In this document: positions 35,301 through 45,010 of the stretch, piece after piece
Position numbering within the stretch: the first letter of the stretch is position 1
How the letters are laid out: each line of letters opens with the position of its first letter
Origin: a virus
Taxonomy: Duplodnaviria; Caudoviricetes
Reading direction: 5' to 3' (one strand)
IMG/VR virus record: IMGVR_UViG_3300032254_000010
Coordinates: 1 to 45,935 of that record
DNA length: 45,935 nt
Position numbers and translations under genes: made by a program
Notes under the pieces: model-generated
The model's database searches: none
Told to the model about the DNA's origin: nothing
The model's input: the letters and a program-made list of their open reading frames with translations, nothing else

Positions 35301-36956
35301 CATTGCCCCTATGTCTGATATATCAGAGTGGAACTTAGCAGCAGGGGACGTTGGCCCAAAACCTAATGTTCTAGCGTGATTAACTGAATTTGGTTCAAAA
35401 TACAATGCGTCTCTTGCATCGAAAGCCCTTCGTTCATTAATCTCGAAGAAGTACTCACCTTTTGATGATAGTTCATGCGTAGGAACTATTTCTCCGTTCT
35501 TATTTCTCTTGAGAACTTTGATCTCTGACTCAGGGAATAACTCCTGTCCTTTACGAGATGCTTCTAGTCCGTTCTTAAAACCATGATTCTCATCATAACC
35601 AAACCGAGATCTTAGACTAATACCTTCTGAATCAGTACTAATCTCTGACATACTCTGGTAGTACTTAGCTCCAGTAGTACCTTCTAATGTTTTCTCAACC
35701 TTTATTGCAGCAGCAGCTTTCTCTTCTTTGCTGAATGCAAATCCAAAAGACTCAGTTCTTTTTATAATACTCTCTGCTGTACGTTGAACATCCTCAACAC
35801 TCTCAGCTATATCAGCTGGCATCTTTTGATGCGAAATACGGTCTAAAGGCTTAGGGTACAAAGTACTCTCAATAAGTGTTTCTTTAGTCGTGCCGAGTGC
35901 TTCAGCAATCTTCCCAGACTTATCTGCGATAGCAGAGCTAACTAATTCTTTAGTCTTACTAGGGTTAACATGTGATGTTACTTCAACAGGAGAGTTCTTT
36001 AAAATAGATAAAGCCTTACCTTGTGTGTATACTCCACGTAAGAATCCACCTACCATTAAAGTATCTAGTCCACCAGCAACATTCTCAATTATACGATCCC
36101 AGTCAGTATCTTCTGGATTATAAGAGGGGTCTAATATAGGTTTAAACACTTCATGGGATATCTGCCATCTGATAAAATCATTATCATCAAACGTTCCTGC
36201 TGATTCATCAATATTCTTGATTAATTCACGTACAAGAGTCTTGCGCTCTTCTGAGTCTGTCTCAGACCAAAGACGGTCTTTAATATAACGTAAACCCTCA
36301 CCTGGAGCAGACAAAAATGCTAAACTTGCTTCAGATTTACCAAATGTTTTCTCTATAATATTTCTGTACGTCTGCGACACATTGAAAGGCATGACAGCAC
36401 CAAAGAAGTCAGCGTCAGCGCCTAATTCACCTCTCTTATTCTCAGACACTTTACTAATATAATCTAGGACTTCTTTCCTTGAGATCTTATCAGCTTCATA
36501 AATATCATCAACGCCTTCTATAAGGTTCTCGTGGACTTCTTTGTTATTAGGATCAGATGGATTGTATCCAGCAGCTTCCTTGTACATGTACTCGCGGGAT
36601 AATTCCACAGGTGAGTCTAGTCTTTCCTGAGCAACAAGTAAAGCGTCTTTCTTATCCTGAAGAGGGATATTAGAGTCAGAAAGCATCTCTACTGCTTGCT
36701 CTTTGACAATAGTATTATTAACTTCAGCTAATTCTTGCTTAGTCTGTTGAACCGATTCATCGTATCCATTGTTAAGGATGTTATCTCTAGTCTCAGTAAA
36801 ATCGTCTAATACATTCACAGATTCAGATAAAGAGGTGTTATAGAACGCAGCATCAGAAGCAGCCCTATCAGCCCTCGGTTTTGATTCTTCTATAGGAGTA
36901 TCGTACTCAGGTAATTCACCTAAATTAATATCTTCTATTTCATTTGTTATTGGCAT
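32325..36956 (-). CDS. Large internal virion (ejection) protein
   Basis: 1543 aa, podovirus position after the tail genes; QFISI..K-type C-terminal motif. Confidence 0.65.
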   Translation of the reverse strand: MPITNEIEDINLGELPEYDTPIEESKPRADRAASDAAFYNTSLSESVNVLDDFTETRDNILNNGYDESVQQTKQELAEVNNTIVKEQAVEMLSDSNIPLQDKKDALLVAQERLDSPVELSREYMYKEAAGYNPSDPNNKEVHENLIEGVDDIYEADKISRKEVLDYISKVSENKRGELGADADFFGAVMPFNVSQTYRNIIEKTFGKSEASLAFLSAPGEGLRYIKDRLWSETDSEERKTLVRELIKNIDESAGTFDDNDFIRWQISHEVFKPILDPSYNPEDTDWDRIIENVAGGLDTLMVGGFLRGVYTQGKALSILKNSPVEVTSHVNPSKTKELVSSAIADKSGKIAEALGTTKETLIESTLYPKPLDRISHQKMPADIAESVEDVQRTAESIIKRTESFGFAFSKEEKAAAAIKVEKTLEGTTGAKYYQSMSEISTDSEGISLRSRFGYDENHGFKNGLEASRKGQELFPESEIKVLKRNKNGEIVPTHELSSKGEYFFEINERRAFDARDALYFEPNSVNHARTLGFGPTSPAAKFHSDISDIGAMLPGIEKKVQTDLLSVLKGFTGLNTNSKNKVSDVLLKGYKDSKTFDYDELVSLGLKNDEIKGYYNLRGINDLQYIIENRRVYKDLKQQGMLHVSNQKNGYNTIAKPVSESEAITNAKTAYDPSTSSIRTLSPEEIKSLYKNGDSLGFMYGTERSGNQIANYVVIDSKLGGRTSPLPAKVLNYDPGYITRVYKNRYFIDEVSTREINGVLKPYTRTINAASTEREALGHINKLRESGEEGIEYIARLDRGLTQAELGSREKSMRLNKGALFTGTRGKRLSTDFGLAEIDEPVEALLRTIGTVSRHASHTDVIASMKKRWMNSYGHLFSNAYPSTKNEFTAAKGANLETVTDVKDAKSYWDYINLLEDVDPSGKIVDIRANMIKLGEWALGNGDSSTRAFIGNKIIDASAIDPLGRVRSLAFNMYLAGNPLRQFFLQSAQYMFLAGIDPKFSGFIFSKNGIARQKIGLDLAMASFTNKELYKKVAPSIAKSAGISEKELTTLVKSFRESGLPFSIDSHTFVRDSLQDYSKVMHRNNATAFVNKAFTLPKKVLGVSRKVGFDAGEYNNLSNSWLFARNRWIQKNPNKDWTLKGNQDQIAAEARQYSLNMTKSGSFSYQRGLLSIPTQFISIQHKALEAMLPVKAGGSRFFTAAEKRRIAVGQAALYGTAGFGVTELYKEVRDRMSIEVDEDVDQIVTGGLSEFVTNKILQTIYEDDTSVKLAKDFAPASGILETNIQKSLVDLMTGGKSPLEYMPAGTAANRIMKAMSYGKYVYEAPNIDTTEKLQEILASGVSVFSGYNNYLKASAALNLGHMVDATGDPIVKATYAEAMAKLFGLQSGEESDYYDVLQAQFSDVSGPRKEKKLKEVAKTYYDNISKRVGFFSEQSESLNELNHKRLVEAIQAEATILSVMNPLDAQYVLTEFRKILTRNLENGSDRLISSITKNALGNQYGDSWEFIVNRLKNSSLINSPEKEKDIKELYDFMTEEQKIAEQE

Positions 36957-36964
36957 GATTAACC

Positions 36965-37411
36965 TTATTTAAAAATACTGTACGCAGAAGTAGCAAGATT
37001 ACCTACAGCAGCACCTTCTTGACCTCTAGCAAGTGCTGAGGCGATATCTGCACTTGCTGTAGAAGCTAATAGACCTTGCTCGAAGATAGATTGATTAACT
37101 TGAGACTGTTGACCAGCAAAGCCTTGTGCTGAAGCAGACTGTGTTAAAACAGACCCGCCTACGCCAGCAGCCTTAGAGCTTGATTCTCCTTCAGTTGCCG
37201 ATATTATTTTAGCCCTCGCAATCCTAGACTCTCTAGCAAGCTGTCTCCTTTCACGAGCTGATTTAATATCGGCAAGTTTTTTCTGCTCTTTTTGCTGTTC
37301 TTTTTGAGCCTTGACCTGTCTTCCAGTAGCTTCTGCCTGCTTCTTTGCTGATTTCCTTTGTTCGGATGCACTGTAAATTGCTGCTATCGCAACTACTGCT
37401 GAGAAACCCAT
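36965..37411 (-). CDS. Small internal virion protein (T7 gp14-like position)
   Basis: Ala/Gln-rich, hydrophobic N-terminus, RESRIARA. Confidence 0.6.
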   Translation of the reverse strand: MGFSAVVAIAAIYSASEQRKSAKKQAEATGRQVKAQKEQQKEQKKLADIKSARERRQLARESRIARAKIISATEGESSSKAAGVGGSVLTQSASAQGFAGQQSQVNQSIFEQGLLASTASADIASALARGQEGAAVGNLATSAYSIFK

Positions 37412-37869
37412 TATATTTCACCTATGTATTTACTGTAATTGTACTCAAATCTTTCAAACCCTAGTTTATCCATTAAAGGTTTGAAGTCGTTTTTTACCTT
37501 AGCTGCTATAATAATAATATCAACGCCTAATTCCTTTAAAGACTGTTCTGCTTTTTTAAATAATTTATAACCCACAGACCCTTTACGATACTTCTTAGAC
37601 ACAAATAAAATATCATTCGCAGCAACCTTACATTGCTTGTAATGCATGTGAGGTTGTATAAAAGAAATAAAGTAGCCAATTAACACACCAGACTCTCTGG
37701 CGGTTAATACATGCAAAAGGTCTAAAGAGTCAAGTAAAAGGTACTTATCGTAATCAGGATTAAGTTTTACGTACTCTTTATGTAAAGCTATCTCTTCCCA
37801 ATGCTCTTCTAATAGAGGTTTCATCTCTTCTAGACAGGCTTCTAATTTCTCTTCTTGGTAGGTTATCAT
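37411..37869 (-). CDS. GNAT-family acetyltransferase-like protein
   Basis: LIGYF, DILFVSKKYRKGSVGYKLFKKAE, KLGFE. Confidence 0.8.
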   Translation of the reverse strand: MITYQEEKLEACLEEMKPLLEEHWEEIALHKEYVKLNPDYDKYLLLDSLDLLHVLTARESGVLIGYFISFIQPHMHYKQCKVAANDILFVSKKYRKGSVGYKLFKKAEQSLKELGVDIIIIAAKVKNDFKPLMDKLGFERFEYNYSKYIGEI

Positions 37870-38411
37870 AATCTTATATCACATATTAAATGAACTCTTG
37901 TAGAGACAGAGGAGTTTAATGCGCTGTGGTTTATATGATTATTAATTTTCCATACAGATCCTGTTAGCATATCTACAGTCTCTCCTCCAGATGAAAAAGT
38001 GTTACCAGCTAGTCCCTCTAAGATAGTGTGGTATCTCGTATAAAAATCTCCAGCCTCTCCCTCATCTGCATGTTCGTAGATTCTTCCTCCACAAGATAGC
38101 TTTGTAATAATAACACGTCCTAGCTGAGTCCCGCTCTCTAATCTCATTAAGTCCAAAACATGTTCATAAATCAAAGGGAATTTTTCAAGAGTTTCTTTGT
38201 AATTAACGCACTGTATTTCGTTAAAAAGATCGTACGTTGTAGAAGTCTCCTTAAATTCAGGGCCACGCAGAAGTATGTCAGATACTTCTCGATGAGGGCT
38301 ATTTTCTGAGAGAGTCCTTACGGGGATTGTATCAAATAGTACTTCATTATTAATAACCTCATTAAGTAATGATGAAGTATCTATATCATCTATGTGTACT
38401 AAGTTATACAA
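37866..38411 (-). CDS. Aspartyl/asparaginyl beta-hydroxylase-like 2OG-Fe(II) oxygenase
   Basis: GRVIITKL..GG.IYEHAD, RYH, WKINNHINHSALN...RVHLICD. Confidence 0.8.
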   Translation of the reverse strand: MYNLVHIDDIDTSSLLNEVINNEVLFDTIPVRTLSENSPHREVSDILLRGPEFKETSTTYDLFNEIQCVNYKETLEKFPLIYEHVLDLMRLESGTQLGRVIITKLSCGGRIYEHADEGEAGDFYTRYHTILEGLAGNTFSSGGETVDMLTGSVWKINNHINHSALNSSVSTRVHLICDIRL

Positions 38412-40623
38412 CAGACCCCCCTGTAGCGGATACAGACCAGCCTAATAAATGCATATCTTTTCCAGCTTGTGATTCTATGTAAAAGCCTAATGACCTTCCA
38501 TTACCTCTGACTTTATTTTTTGTAGTTATCACGTCGAAACCATAGTCAAACAAATCTCCAGCCCCCGTAGGGATGTAATTTCTACCTAACCTATATGCCT
38601 GAACAGCTGTAGACCACCGCCCAGAGGTACTAGAGTCAGACCACTCCCACCTAGCTTGGAGTAAACATCCAGAGGGGTTGACAGCATCTAGGCCACCTTG
38701 AGCATTAGTCTCAAAACCAGTCTCTGTTCTCTTAAAATGTGTTGTAACATAAGTTACAGATTTTTTACGAGAGTTATCTCCGAACAGTTCATAACCTGTC
38801 TGTAAGAAAGATGTATAATCTATTCCTGTACTATCTTTAGTCTCCCAATCCAAGAAGTTAGTGTTGTTATATAAAGACCAAGTTATCTTAGAATTTGTAC
38901 TGTCTTGGGGAACAACAGTAAGATATTTTGTACTAACAGTACCTCTAGACGGATTCAATAAACTTATTTGAACATCGACAGCATTCTCTTGAACCTGATC
39001 TCCGTTAACAACAACATCATAAGATACCTCTGTTGCTAACAAAGCGGGAGTAGTGATAGCACCAACGATATAAGGAGAGTCTGTCACTAGCTCAGATAAT
39101 GTATTCTTATAAAAGGCACTGAGAACCGTGTCTAATACTAATTCTTTATTGAACTTGTACTTATAATTTATACCATCGTAAGAACTTGAATCGTTGTACA
39201 GCCAAGAAATTCTCTTGGAGGTTATATCATAAGAACCTGTTACGTACTGCTTGCTATCGTTAGGTATACTATTAAAGAGTGTTTGTATAGTTGTCTCAGT
39301 AATATTCTGAGAAGACATTACTCCTGAAATCTGATCAGGAGACAGTACATAAATACCAGACGTAGACCAAAAGAATACATTATTTTCAGCAGACACAATA
39401 CTCCCTGTGTTTACAGCTCCTAATGATGTTATCTTTTGCACTTGATAACCAAGAGCTGAAAATCCAGCGTCTGAATCACCTTTAATTTGCCATACCCCAT
39501 TATCTGCAAATAAAATTAAACTATCGTACAAAGCCTCTAGATGAAGAACTCTACCTACTTCAGGGATAGTGATGACTCCGCCATCATCTGGTAATAAGTC
39601 TGAAATTTCTTCTGACGTTGGATCTGCTTCTTGGTAACAGTTTCCAGCTTTAGTTTCAGTAGTTAGTATCTGAGAGAAGTACACATCTCCATTAATAGTT
39701 TCACCGGAATTAACTACCGATTCTACGCCAGCGTAAAAAACACGTCCAGCATAAAATGCTACAGAGTTAGGTCTGCTTTGTTCAAGCTCTGTAGTTATAC
39801 TAGGTATACCTGATACAGAAGACCTATTCCTTGAAAAAACATCTAGTACGAAATGTCCCTTAGGAGCAGGCGTATTACCAAAGTATTGCTTATCTAGTAG
39901 AGTAGGGTCGAAGTTATCACTTGAATCTTTAGCTAGCACCCAAATATCCGCATTACTTGGATATACAGATTGCGATGTCTGATAAGCAGAGATATTTGCA
40001 GATGTCCAACCCTGATTTTGAAGGTTGTAATTGTGTAAATTAGTCAGAGAAGATGGCCTATTATCTACACTTAAACTATCCTGAACACCAAGGAAGTCTC
40101 TTTTTTTCAATGTTATCTGCGTAACAGAGATACTATCTAATACAGAATCGTATGTTATGTAAAAAGGTTCAGTGTCTTTAGAGACTACATAAAATACACC
40201 TTTACCTGCAATCCCACTGACAGGCGATGATCCGATGTTTGTAGCATAAGAAGTTTTATAAGAACTTAGGTCAACAGTGAATGATTTTAAATTAGCAGAT
40301 AAGGATTCATCAGTAAGACTGTAGAATCTTAAAGTACTCCCAGTCTGCACGACAGCGAAATTATATAATCCAGAATTATCTGCATTTTTCCACTCATGTA
40401 TTGAAACGGCTTGCTCTTTGAAGACAGTAGTGGATATATTGGCACTAAGAGCATAATTTAATTCATAGTCCAGACCTAAACGTCTCTGACGAGATCCATC
40501 TTTATTAAGAATAAAGTTAGCCTCATCTATACTAGCATTTTCAGGATACGTAAGAGCATTAGCCTCTGTAATAATACCTCTTATAAAAGTATTATAGTCC
40601 TTTGTTGCTTGAAATAGTGCCAT
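38404..40623 (-). CDS. Tail tubular protein B / nozzle
   Basis: 739 aa, beta-rich; F..GIITEA..L.YPENAS.DE.NF...DGSR.RR; AFYAGRVF; TKNKVRGNG. Confidence 0.75.
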   Translation of the reverse strand: MALFQATKDYNTFIRGIITEANALTYPENASIDEANFILNKDGSRQRRLGLDYELNYALSANISTTVFKEQAVSIHEWKNADNSGLYNFAVVQTGSTLRFYSLTDESLSANLKSFTVDLSSYKTSYATNIGSSPVSGIAGKGVFYVVSKDTEPFYITYDSVLDSISVTQITLKKRDFLGVQDSLSVDNRPSSLTNLHNYNLQNQGWTSANISAYQTSQSVYPSNADIWVLAKDSSDNFDPTLLDKQYFGNTPAPKGHFVLDVFSRNRSSVSGIPSITTELEQSRPNSVAFYAGRVFYAGVESVVNSGETINGDVYFSQILTTETKAGNCYQEADPTSEEISDLLPDDGGVITIPEVGRVLHLEALYDSLILFADNGVWQIKGDSDAGFSALGYQVQKITSLGAVNTGSIVSAENNVFFWSTSGIYVLSPDQISGVMSSQNITETTIQTLFNSIPNDSKQYVTGSYDITSKRISWLYNDSSSYDGINYKYKFNKELVLDTVLSAFYKNTLSELVTDSPYIVGAITTPALLATEVSYDVVVNGDQVQENAVDVQISLLNPSRGTVSTKYLTVVPQDSTNSKITWSLYNNTNFLDWETKDSTGIDYTSFLQTGYELFGDNSRKKSVTYVTTHFKRTETGFETNAQGGLDAVNPSGCLLQARWEWSDSSTSGRWSTAVQAYRLGRNYIPTGAGDLFDYGFDVITTKNKVRGNGRSLGFYIESQAGKDMHLLGWSVSATGGSVV

Positions 40624-40624
40624 T

Positions 40625-40816
40625 TTAAGAGGTCTCTACCTTCTTAGACTTTTGCTTGTTTTTGTAGTAAAGAGCTATAGCTTTAGTAGCTTCCTTTGTG
40701 CTAGTGTATAATGTCTTCAATACATCAGGAAGCTCTCCACCACCAACAAACTTAACGGCATACAAAGGGGTGTTTGCATCATTTATTACTACTAATTCTT
40801 TATATTTACCAGCCAA
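40625..40816 (-). CDS. Small hypothetical virion-module protein (63 aa)
   Basis: RBS GGAG and TTG at 40816; GGGELPDVLK.LYTS; the longer track ORF overlaps the adaptor gene. Confidence 0.6.
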   Translation of the reverse strand: MAGKYKELVVINDANTPLYAVKFVGGGELPDVLKTLYTSTKEATKAIALYYKNKQKSKKVETS

Positions 40817-40826
40817 TGTATTTCTC

Positions 40827-41579
40827 CTATTTTCGGCCATAGTCGGGGTACATAATACCGCCGCCTTCTGTTCTTCGTTTATCTCTAGACATCTTACGTC
40901 TTTGTCTACGAGACTTTTGTTCTTCTTTTTGATTAGCAGATTGCTTAAGTGCATTAAAACAAGTACTCTTAGCTTCAGCAAGATAACCTGGAAATATTTT
41001 AGCAGGGAAGTCTGGAGTAAATGTATCAATTAAACTGAATGTCGGTTCAATAGCACCGTAGCATTGGGACATACTCTGCTGAAGGTTTGACTCTAAAGTA
41101 GATTTATAAGAGTCGAATACAGCGTACTCATCATCAAAAGATGTGTAATACGTAGGGTGCTCATTATTAGTGATTAGTAAAGTCACACCTGAGTCTGGAT
41201 CTGTTATAGTATCTACAGCTGAGTCCAGAGAGTCCCTTGCATTTGTTAATTCTAAGAAATCATCAGGTTCTTTGTAATAAACCTCTTTAAATAAATCCTT
41301 AGTTAAAGCTGTGTCTCGTTTATTGTACTTAACCCATTTAACATATTTAACGTTATCAGGTAATGTCATATGAGTAGGTAACGAGGCTGTACCAGAATCA
41401 AGTCTGAACATTTGATTAAGATGATCATAATCGCGTTGATTAATCATCTCGTAGTAAGTAGTCTTAATTATCTGAGCTACTTGTTGGGCTTCTAACGTAT
41501 CGTTGATAGAGGAGACCTCATCAGAGTCCATATCGTTCAGGATATCTTGAGTCATCTCTAATACAGTCATCTTAGGCAT
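40827..41579 (-). CDS. Tail tubular protein A / adaptor
   Basis: MTVLEMTQDILNDMDSDEV.SI.DT.EA.QVA, PTYYTSFDD, ends YGRK. Confidence 0.75.
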   Translation of the reverse strand: MPKMTVLEMTQDILNDMDSDEVSSINDTLEAQQVAQIIKTTYYEMINQRDYDHLNQMFRLDSGTASLPTHMTLPDNVKYVKWVKYNKRDTALTKDLFKEVYYKEPDDFLELTNARDSLDSAVDTITDPDSGVTLLITNNEHPTYYTSFDDEYAVFDSYKSTLESNLQQSMSQCYGAIEPTFSLIDTFTPDFPAKIFPGYLAEAKSTCFNALKQSANQKEEQKSRRQRRKMSRDKRRTEGGGIMYPDYGRK

Positions 41580-42124
41580 TACAATTTACCTTCTGCAATT
41601 AAACTTATTGCATGTACAACTATATCACCAGATGCGGTTTTACAAAAGACCTCTACGTAGTCGTTGGTTGTTAAATCTATGTGAGATGCTAAAGAAACAT
41701 GCTGATATGTTCCACTAAGGCCAGCTGATGCGTGTTGCGCTCCAGTAACAGCTACTCCGTTTACGTGAAATTGGAAGAAGCAATCTACAGCAGTAGCGCT
41801 AGAGTGCTTGAAAGTGATAGCCGCATGAACATTTGCATCTATGTTATCTGTCCCAGTATAAGTGAGTCGGGATAATGAATTATGTGTAAAATCTCTTGGT
41901 AGTGAATCGCCTGTGCTTGCTGGGCCAATCAAAGTATAAGCTGTTGGTGTTGTTAAAGTTGTTCCTGTCCCTATGTTATCATAGTAACATGCACTGTGAG
42001 GTATGAAACGCCAATCTCCAGAGCCTACTCCATCAGCTACATATACTTGTCCATCGGATGCAGCAGCAACTCCCTTAGGCTCATGTATCTCTGGATCTGC
42101 TATATTTACGTGCTCTACTGCCAT
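41579..42124 (-). CDS. Virion structural protein (fibre / TNF-like C-terminus)
   Basis: EHVNIADPEIHEPKG anchor, GQVYVADG.GSG.W, DLTTNDYVEVF. Confidence 0.6.
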   Translation of the reverse strand: MAVEHVNIADPEIHEPKGVAAASDGQVYVADGVGSGDWRFIPHSACYYDNIGTGTTLTTPTAYTLIGPASTGDSLPRDFTHNSLSRLTYTGTDNIDANVHAAITFKHSSATAVDCFFQFHVNGVAVTGAQHASAGLSGTYQHVSLASHIDLTTNDYVEVFCKTASGDIVVHAISLIAEGKL

Positions 42125-42141
42125 TTTATTTATTCCTTATT

Positions 42142-42167
42142 AAAAACATTGAGGCTCAAAGAGCCTC
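42142..42167 (-). terminator. Possible terminator
   Basis: - strand GAGGCTC-TTT-GAGCCTC-AATGTTTTT. Confidence 0.5.
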
Positions 42168-42173
42168 TCTGTC

Positions 42174-42515
42174 TTATGCGTCAGCCATTAACCCATGTGC
42201 TTCTAGTATATCTAATGCTGAATTAAGTGCAGTACGGATACTGGCTACATCAACAATCAGAGCACTAATAGCAGTTTCATAAGTTGCAACTTCTGTAACT
42301 AGAGTAGCTAATGCAGCAGCAGTAGTGTCCAGATCAGTTGCAGCGTTAGAAGTTACAGTCGTAGCGCCACTAGCATGAGCAGTATAAGCTGTTGGTGCAG
42401 ACGGATTAGAGGCCGTTGCAGCAGCAGCATCAGATACCAATGATTGCTGTGTACTAATCATTGGATTGCTATTCTTATCTGCCATAGCTGAGTCTTGTTT
42501 AACGGGATTTGCCAT
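42174..42515 (-). CDS. Putative head fibre / decoration protein
   Basis: Ala/Thr-rich, C-terminal LNSALDILEAHGLM. Confidence 0.55.
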   Translation of the reverse strand: MANPVKQDSAMADKNSNPMISTQQSLVSDAAAATASNPSAPTAYTAHASGATTVTSNAATDLDTTAAALATLVTEVATYETAISALIVDVASIRTALNSALDILEAHGLMADA

Positions 42516-42535
42516 TGTTATCTCCTATAAGATAA

Positions 42536-42551
42536 GGGGAGTTTCCTCCCC
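42536..42551 (-). terminator. Hairpin / weak terminator after capsid genes
   Basis: - strand GGGGAG-GAAA-CTCCCC-TTATCTT. Confidence 0.5.
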
Positions 42552-42557
42552 AATCTA

Positions 42558-43022
42558 TTAGCTTAAAGGTTGAATGTATTCAACAATTAAACGATACGAA
42601 CCAGCAGTAAAAGTACCAGTTGCAGCAACTACGATTTGACCCGCAGCAGCACCGATACTAGCACCAACTAAAGCTCCATCATTAACAATCCACGCATCTT
42701 CAGTAAGAGCAGCTGTAGCAACAGCAGCATCTAAACCATCAGCATCAATTACAGTAGAGTCTGATTGGTATAAGCCAATGTTATAAGAAGTACCACCAGC
42801 GGCAGCAGTCTTAACATGTAACTTAGAGCTAACGATTAAAGAATCCGCAGGGATTTCTAATACCATAGCACCATCAGCACTGTATGTTGGAAGATCATCA
42901 TAATTAAAATCAACAACCATTTCTTTAGTGTAGCCTTCTGTTTTAATTAAAGCAGGTAGTTTATCTTCTGCTCCACGAGGGCCATACCAGTTACGTACAC
43001 CATTTAAAACTTCAATACTCAT
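42558..43022 (-). CDS. Putative minor capsid / cement protein
   Basis: Directly after the MCP; beta-rich, IDADGL, GTFTAG. Confidence 0.6.
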   Translation of the reverse strand: MSIEVLNGVRNWYGPRGAEDKLPALIKTEGYTKEMVVDFNYDDLPTYSADGAMVLEIPADSLIVSSKLHVKTAAAGGTSYNIGLYQSDSTVIDADGLDAAVATAALTEDAWIVNDGALVGASIGAAAGQIVVAATGTFTAGSYRLIVEYIQPLS

Positions 43023-43033
43023 ATCAGTTCTCC

Positions 43034-44002
43034 TTAGTATACAGTTGGGTTAGTCATAACGATACCTAAAGACTCTGTGCGTTGAGCACCGAATCCAAAG
43101 CGTGAACGTGTCACGTATTCGTCACGAGCAAGGTCTTTATTACGTTCACCTTCTACGGAAGGCATTTGTCGCCAAGCTCCCATAATAGGCTTAGTGCTGT
43201 CATCAAGTACAGACATAAAGACGTTAGCGATATCGCCAGCTACAGTAGCAGTAGTAGTACCATTACGGTCTACAGCAGCAGCTTCAGCAGCAACAGTGTC
43301 CAAGCGGTTTGAAGTATAAATATCGAAACCAAAGATATTACGAACAAACTTATGGTCGCGAGCAAAACCTTCGTTCACGATGCCTTCAAATTGTGGGTTA
43401 TTTGATACATTGACTAAATTAGTCAAAGTGTTCAAAGTAGCCTCAACAACAGGATCAACGATAGCGATACGGCCACCAGCAGAAACATTAGCTTTATCAA
43501 AAGCAAGTTTCATATGTGCAATATCTGCTACAGTCATAACGCGATCAGTACCATCAGCAGTAATACGATGAGAAATGCTGTTAACTGCATTAGCAGCATT
43601 AGCAGTCTGTGCATCATTACATGCTTGCAAGAAACGAGACTCGAAATGCTCTTGTAAAGCACGAGTCGATTCTTTACCACGAGCGGCATGAAGAGATTCG
43701 ATTTGAGCACCATCTTGACGAAGAACGTCATTGATGTACCAAGCGTCACCAACATAATCAGTGATTGATAAAGTCACTGTGCTAGTGTCAATTGGATCGT
43801 ACTGAATCGGTTGATCTTCTTCTTGATCACGGATTGTAGCAGCACCAACAACCTTGATGTTTAAGGTTGAACCATTGGGAAAGTCAGAGACGTTCCGATA
43901 AAAGCCTTCTGGTAACATGCCATCATGCATGTTACTAAGGATGAAATTAGAATACTGCTCCGCTTCAATAAAAGCAGTTGTATTCGAAGATGATTGAGCC
44001 AT
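43034..44002 (-). CDS. Major capsid protein
   Basis: 322 aa after the scaffold; NTTAFIEAEQYS, F.NG.TLNI...G, FDKANV, IFGFDIYTSN, RFGFG. Confidence 0.85.
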   Translation of the reverse strand: MAQSSSNTTAFIEAEQYSNFILSNMHDGMLPEGFYRNVSDFPNGSTLNIKVVGAATIRDQEEDQPIQYDPIDTSTVTLSITDYVGDAWYINDVLRQDGAQIESLHAARGKESTRALQEHFESRFLQACNDAQTANAANAVNSISHRITADGTDRVMTVADIAHMKLAFDKANVSAGGRIAIVDPVVEATLNTLTNLVNVSNNPQFEGIVNEGFARDHKFVRNIFGFDIYTSNRLDTVAAEAAAVDRNGTTTATVAGDIANVFMSVLDDSTKPIMGAWRQMPSVEGERNKDLARDEYVTRSRFGFGAQRTESLGIVMTNPTVY

Positions 44003-44012
44003 TTAGCTCTCC

Positions 44013-44747
44013 TTATTCAGTTGGAGCACAAGCATTCCAAGCAGCGATATCTTTGGCATTAGTACTTCCGCCCATTACAGACATTCTCTCTTGTTTAGCG
44101 GGTGCTTGATTAATTACAGCTTCTGAGTTAATATTAGAATTAATCTTAGGAGCTGGGGATTCATTAACGGAATTAATTCCGAATAACTCAAATACAGCTT
44201 TTGGTGATGTAGCAGCTAATGAGTTAACATAATCCACAGATAAACCAAGGTCATTGGCCTTCTGAATGTAAACTTCTTCAGCTTTACCCTTATCTCCATA
44301 AACCTCAGAGAGTTTTTTAACAACAGAATCAGTATTAGACTTAGCTACGGTCTGTGCTTCTTTAGTTGCTAATTTTGTATCAATTAATGCATCCAACTGT
44401 TCTTGCGTAAGCTGTGGTTCAGCTTTAGATTCAGTAGGCATCTTATTAATTTCTTGAAGTACTTCATCAACTGTCTTTCGCTTAGAAAGGTCTTCACGCA
44501 AATTAGCCATCTCTTGTTCTAAATTTTCAATATGGTGTTGTGCATGAGGAATACTTTGTAAAGCTTCTTCAGGTGTTGCGTACTTCATCCCTTCTCCTAC
44601 TAGATCCTTTACAGTCTCTGGTATTTGAAAGGCTGGTGCAGCTTGTACTTGGTCTTGTACTTGCTCAGGTGCATCTACTTTAACAGGTGCTTCAGGTGCA
44701 GATGCAGGCGATTCTTGGAACGGTGTTGCTTGGACTTGGTCAGTCAT
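44013..44747 (-). CDS. Capsid scaffolding protein
   Basis: LVGEGMKYAT.EEAL...AQ.HI..LE.E coiled-coil; between portal and MCP. Confidence 0.75.
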   Translation of the reverse strand: MTDQVQATPFQESPASAPEAPVKVDAPEQVQDQVQAAPAFQIPETVKDLVGEGMKYATPEEALQSIPHAQHHIENLEQEMANLREDLSKRKTVDEVLQEINKMPTESKAEPQLTQEQLDALIDTKLATKEAQTVAKSNTDSVVKKLSEVYGDKGKAEEVYIQKANDLGLSVDYVNSLAATSPKAVFELFGINSVNESPAPKINSNINSEAVINQAPAKQERMSVMGGSTNAKDIAAWNACAPTE

Positions 44748-44758
44748 TTATATCTTCC

Positions 44759-45010
44759 TCAGCCTTGGTCAGGCTTTTTAATTGATTCGAGCACCTTTAA
44801 TAAGGTTCTCTCGGTTGCATTACGATCAGCCTGATAGACTGAATAGTTTTGCGTTAAGGTGCTTTTTAAAGATCTACGATCTCTTTTACAAGCACTGAGA
44901 TCTTCTCTAAGCATATCTCGAATAGCTTCAATAAGTTCACTGTACTGAAGGATATCCTTGAATTCTTTTTTCTGAGCTTCTGTGAGCCCTTTAGTTAATC
45001 TTTTGTTCAT
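44759..45010 (-). CDS. Hypothetical protein (head module)
   Basis: 83 aa, YQAD motif, coupled to the upstream gene. Confidence 0.65.
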   Translation of the reverse strand: MNKRLTKGLTEAQKKEFKDILQYSELIEAIRDMLREDLSACKRDRRSLKSTLTQNYSVYQADRNATERTLLKVLESIKKPDQG

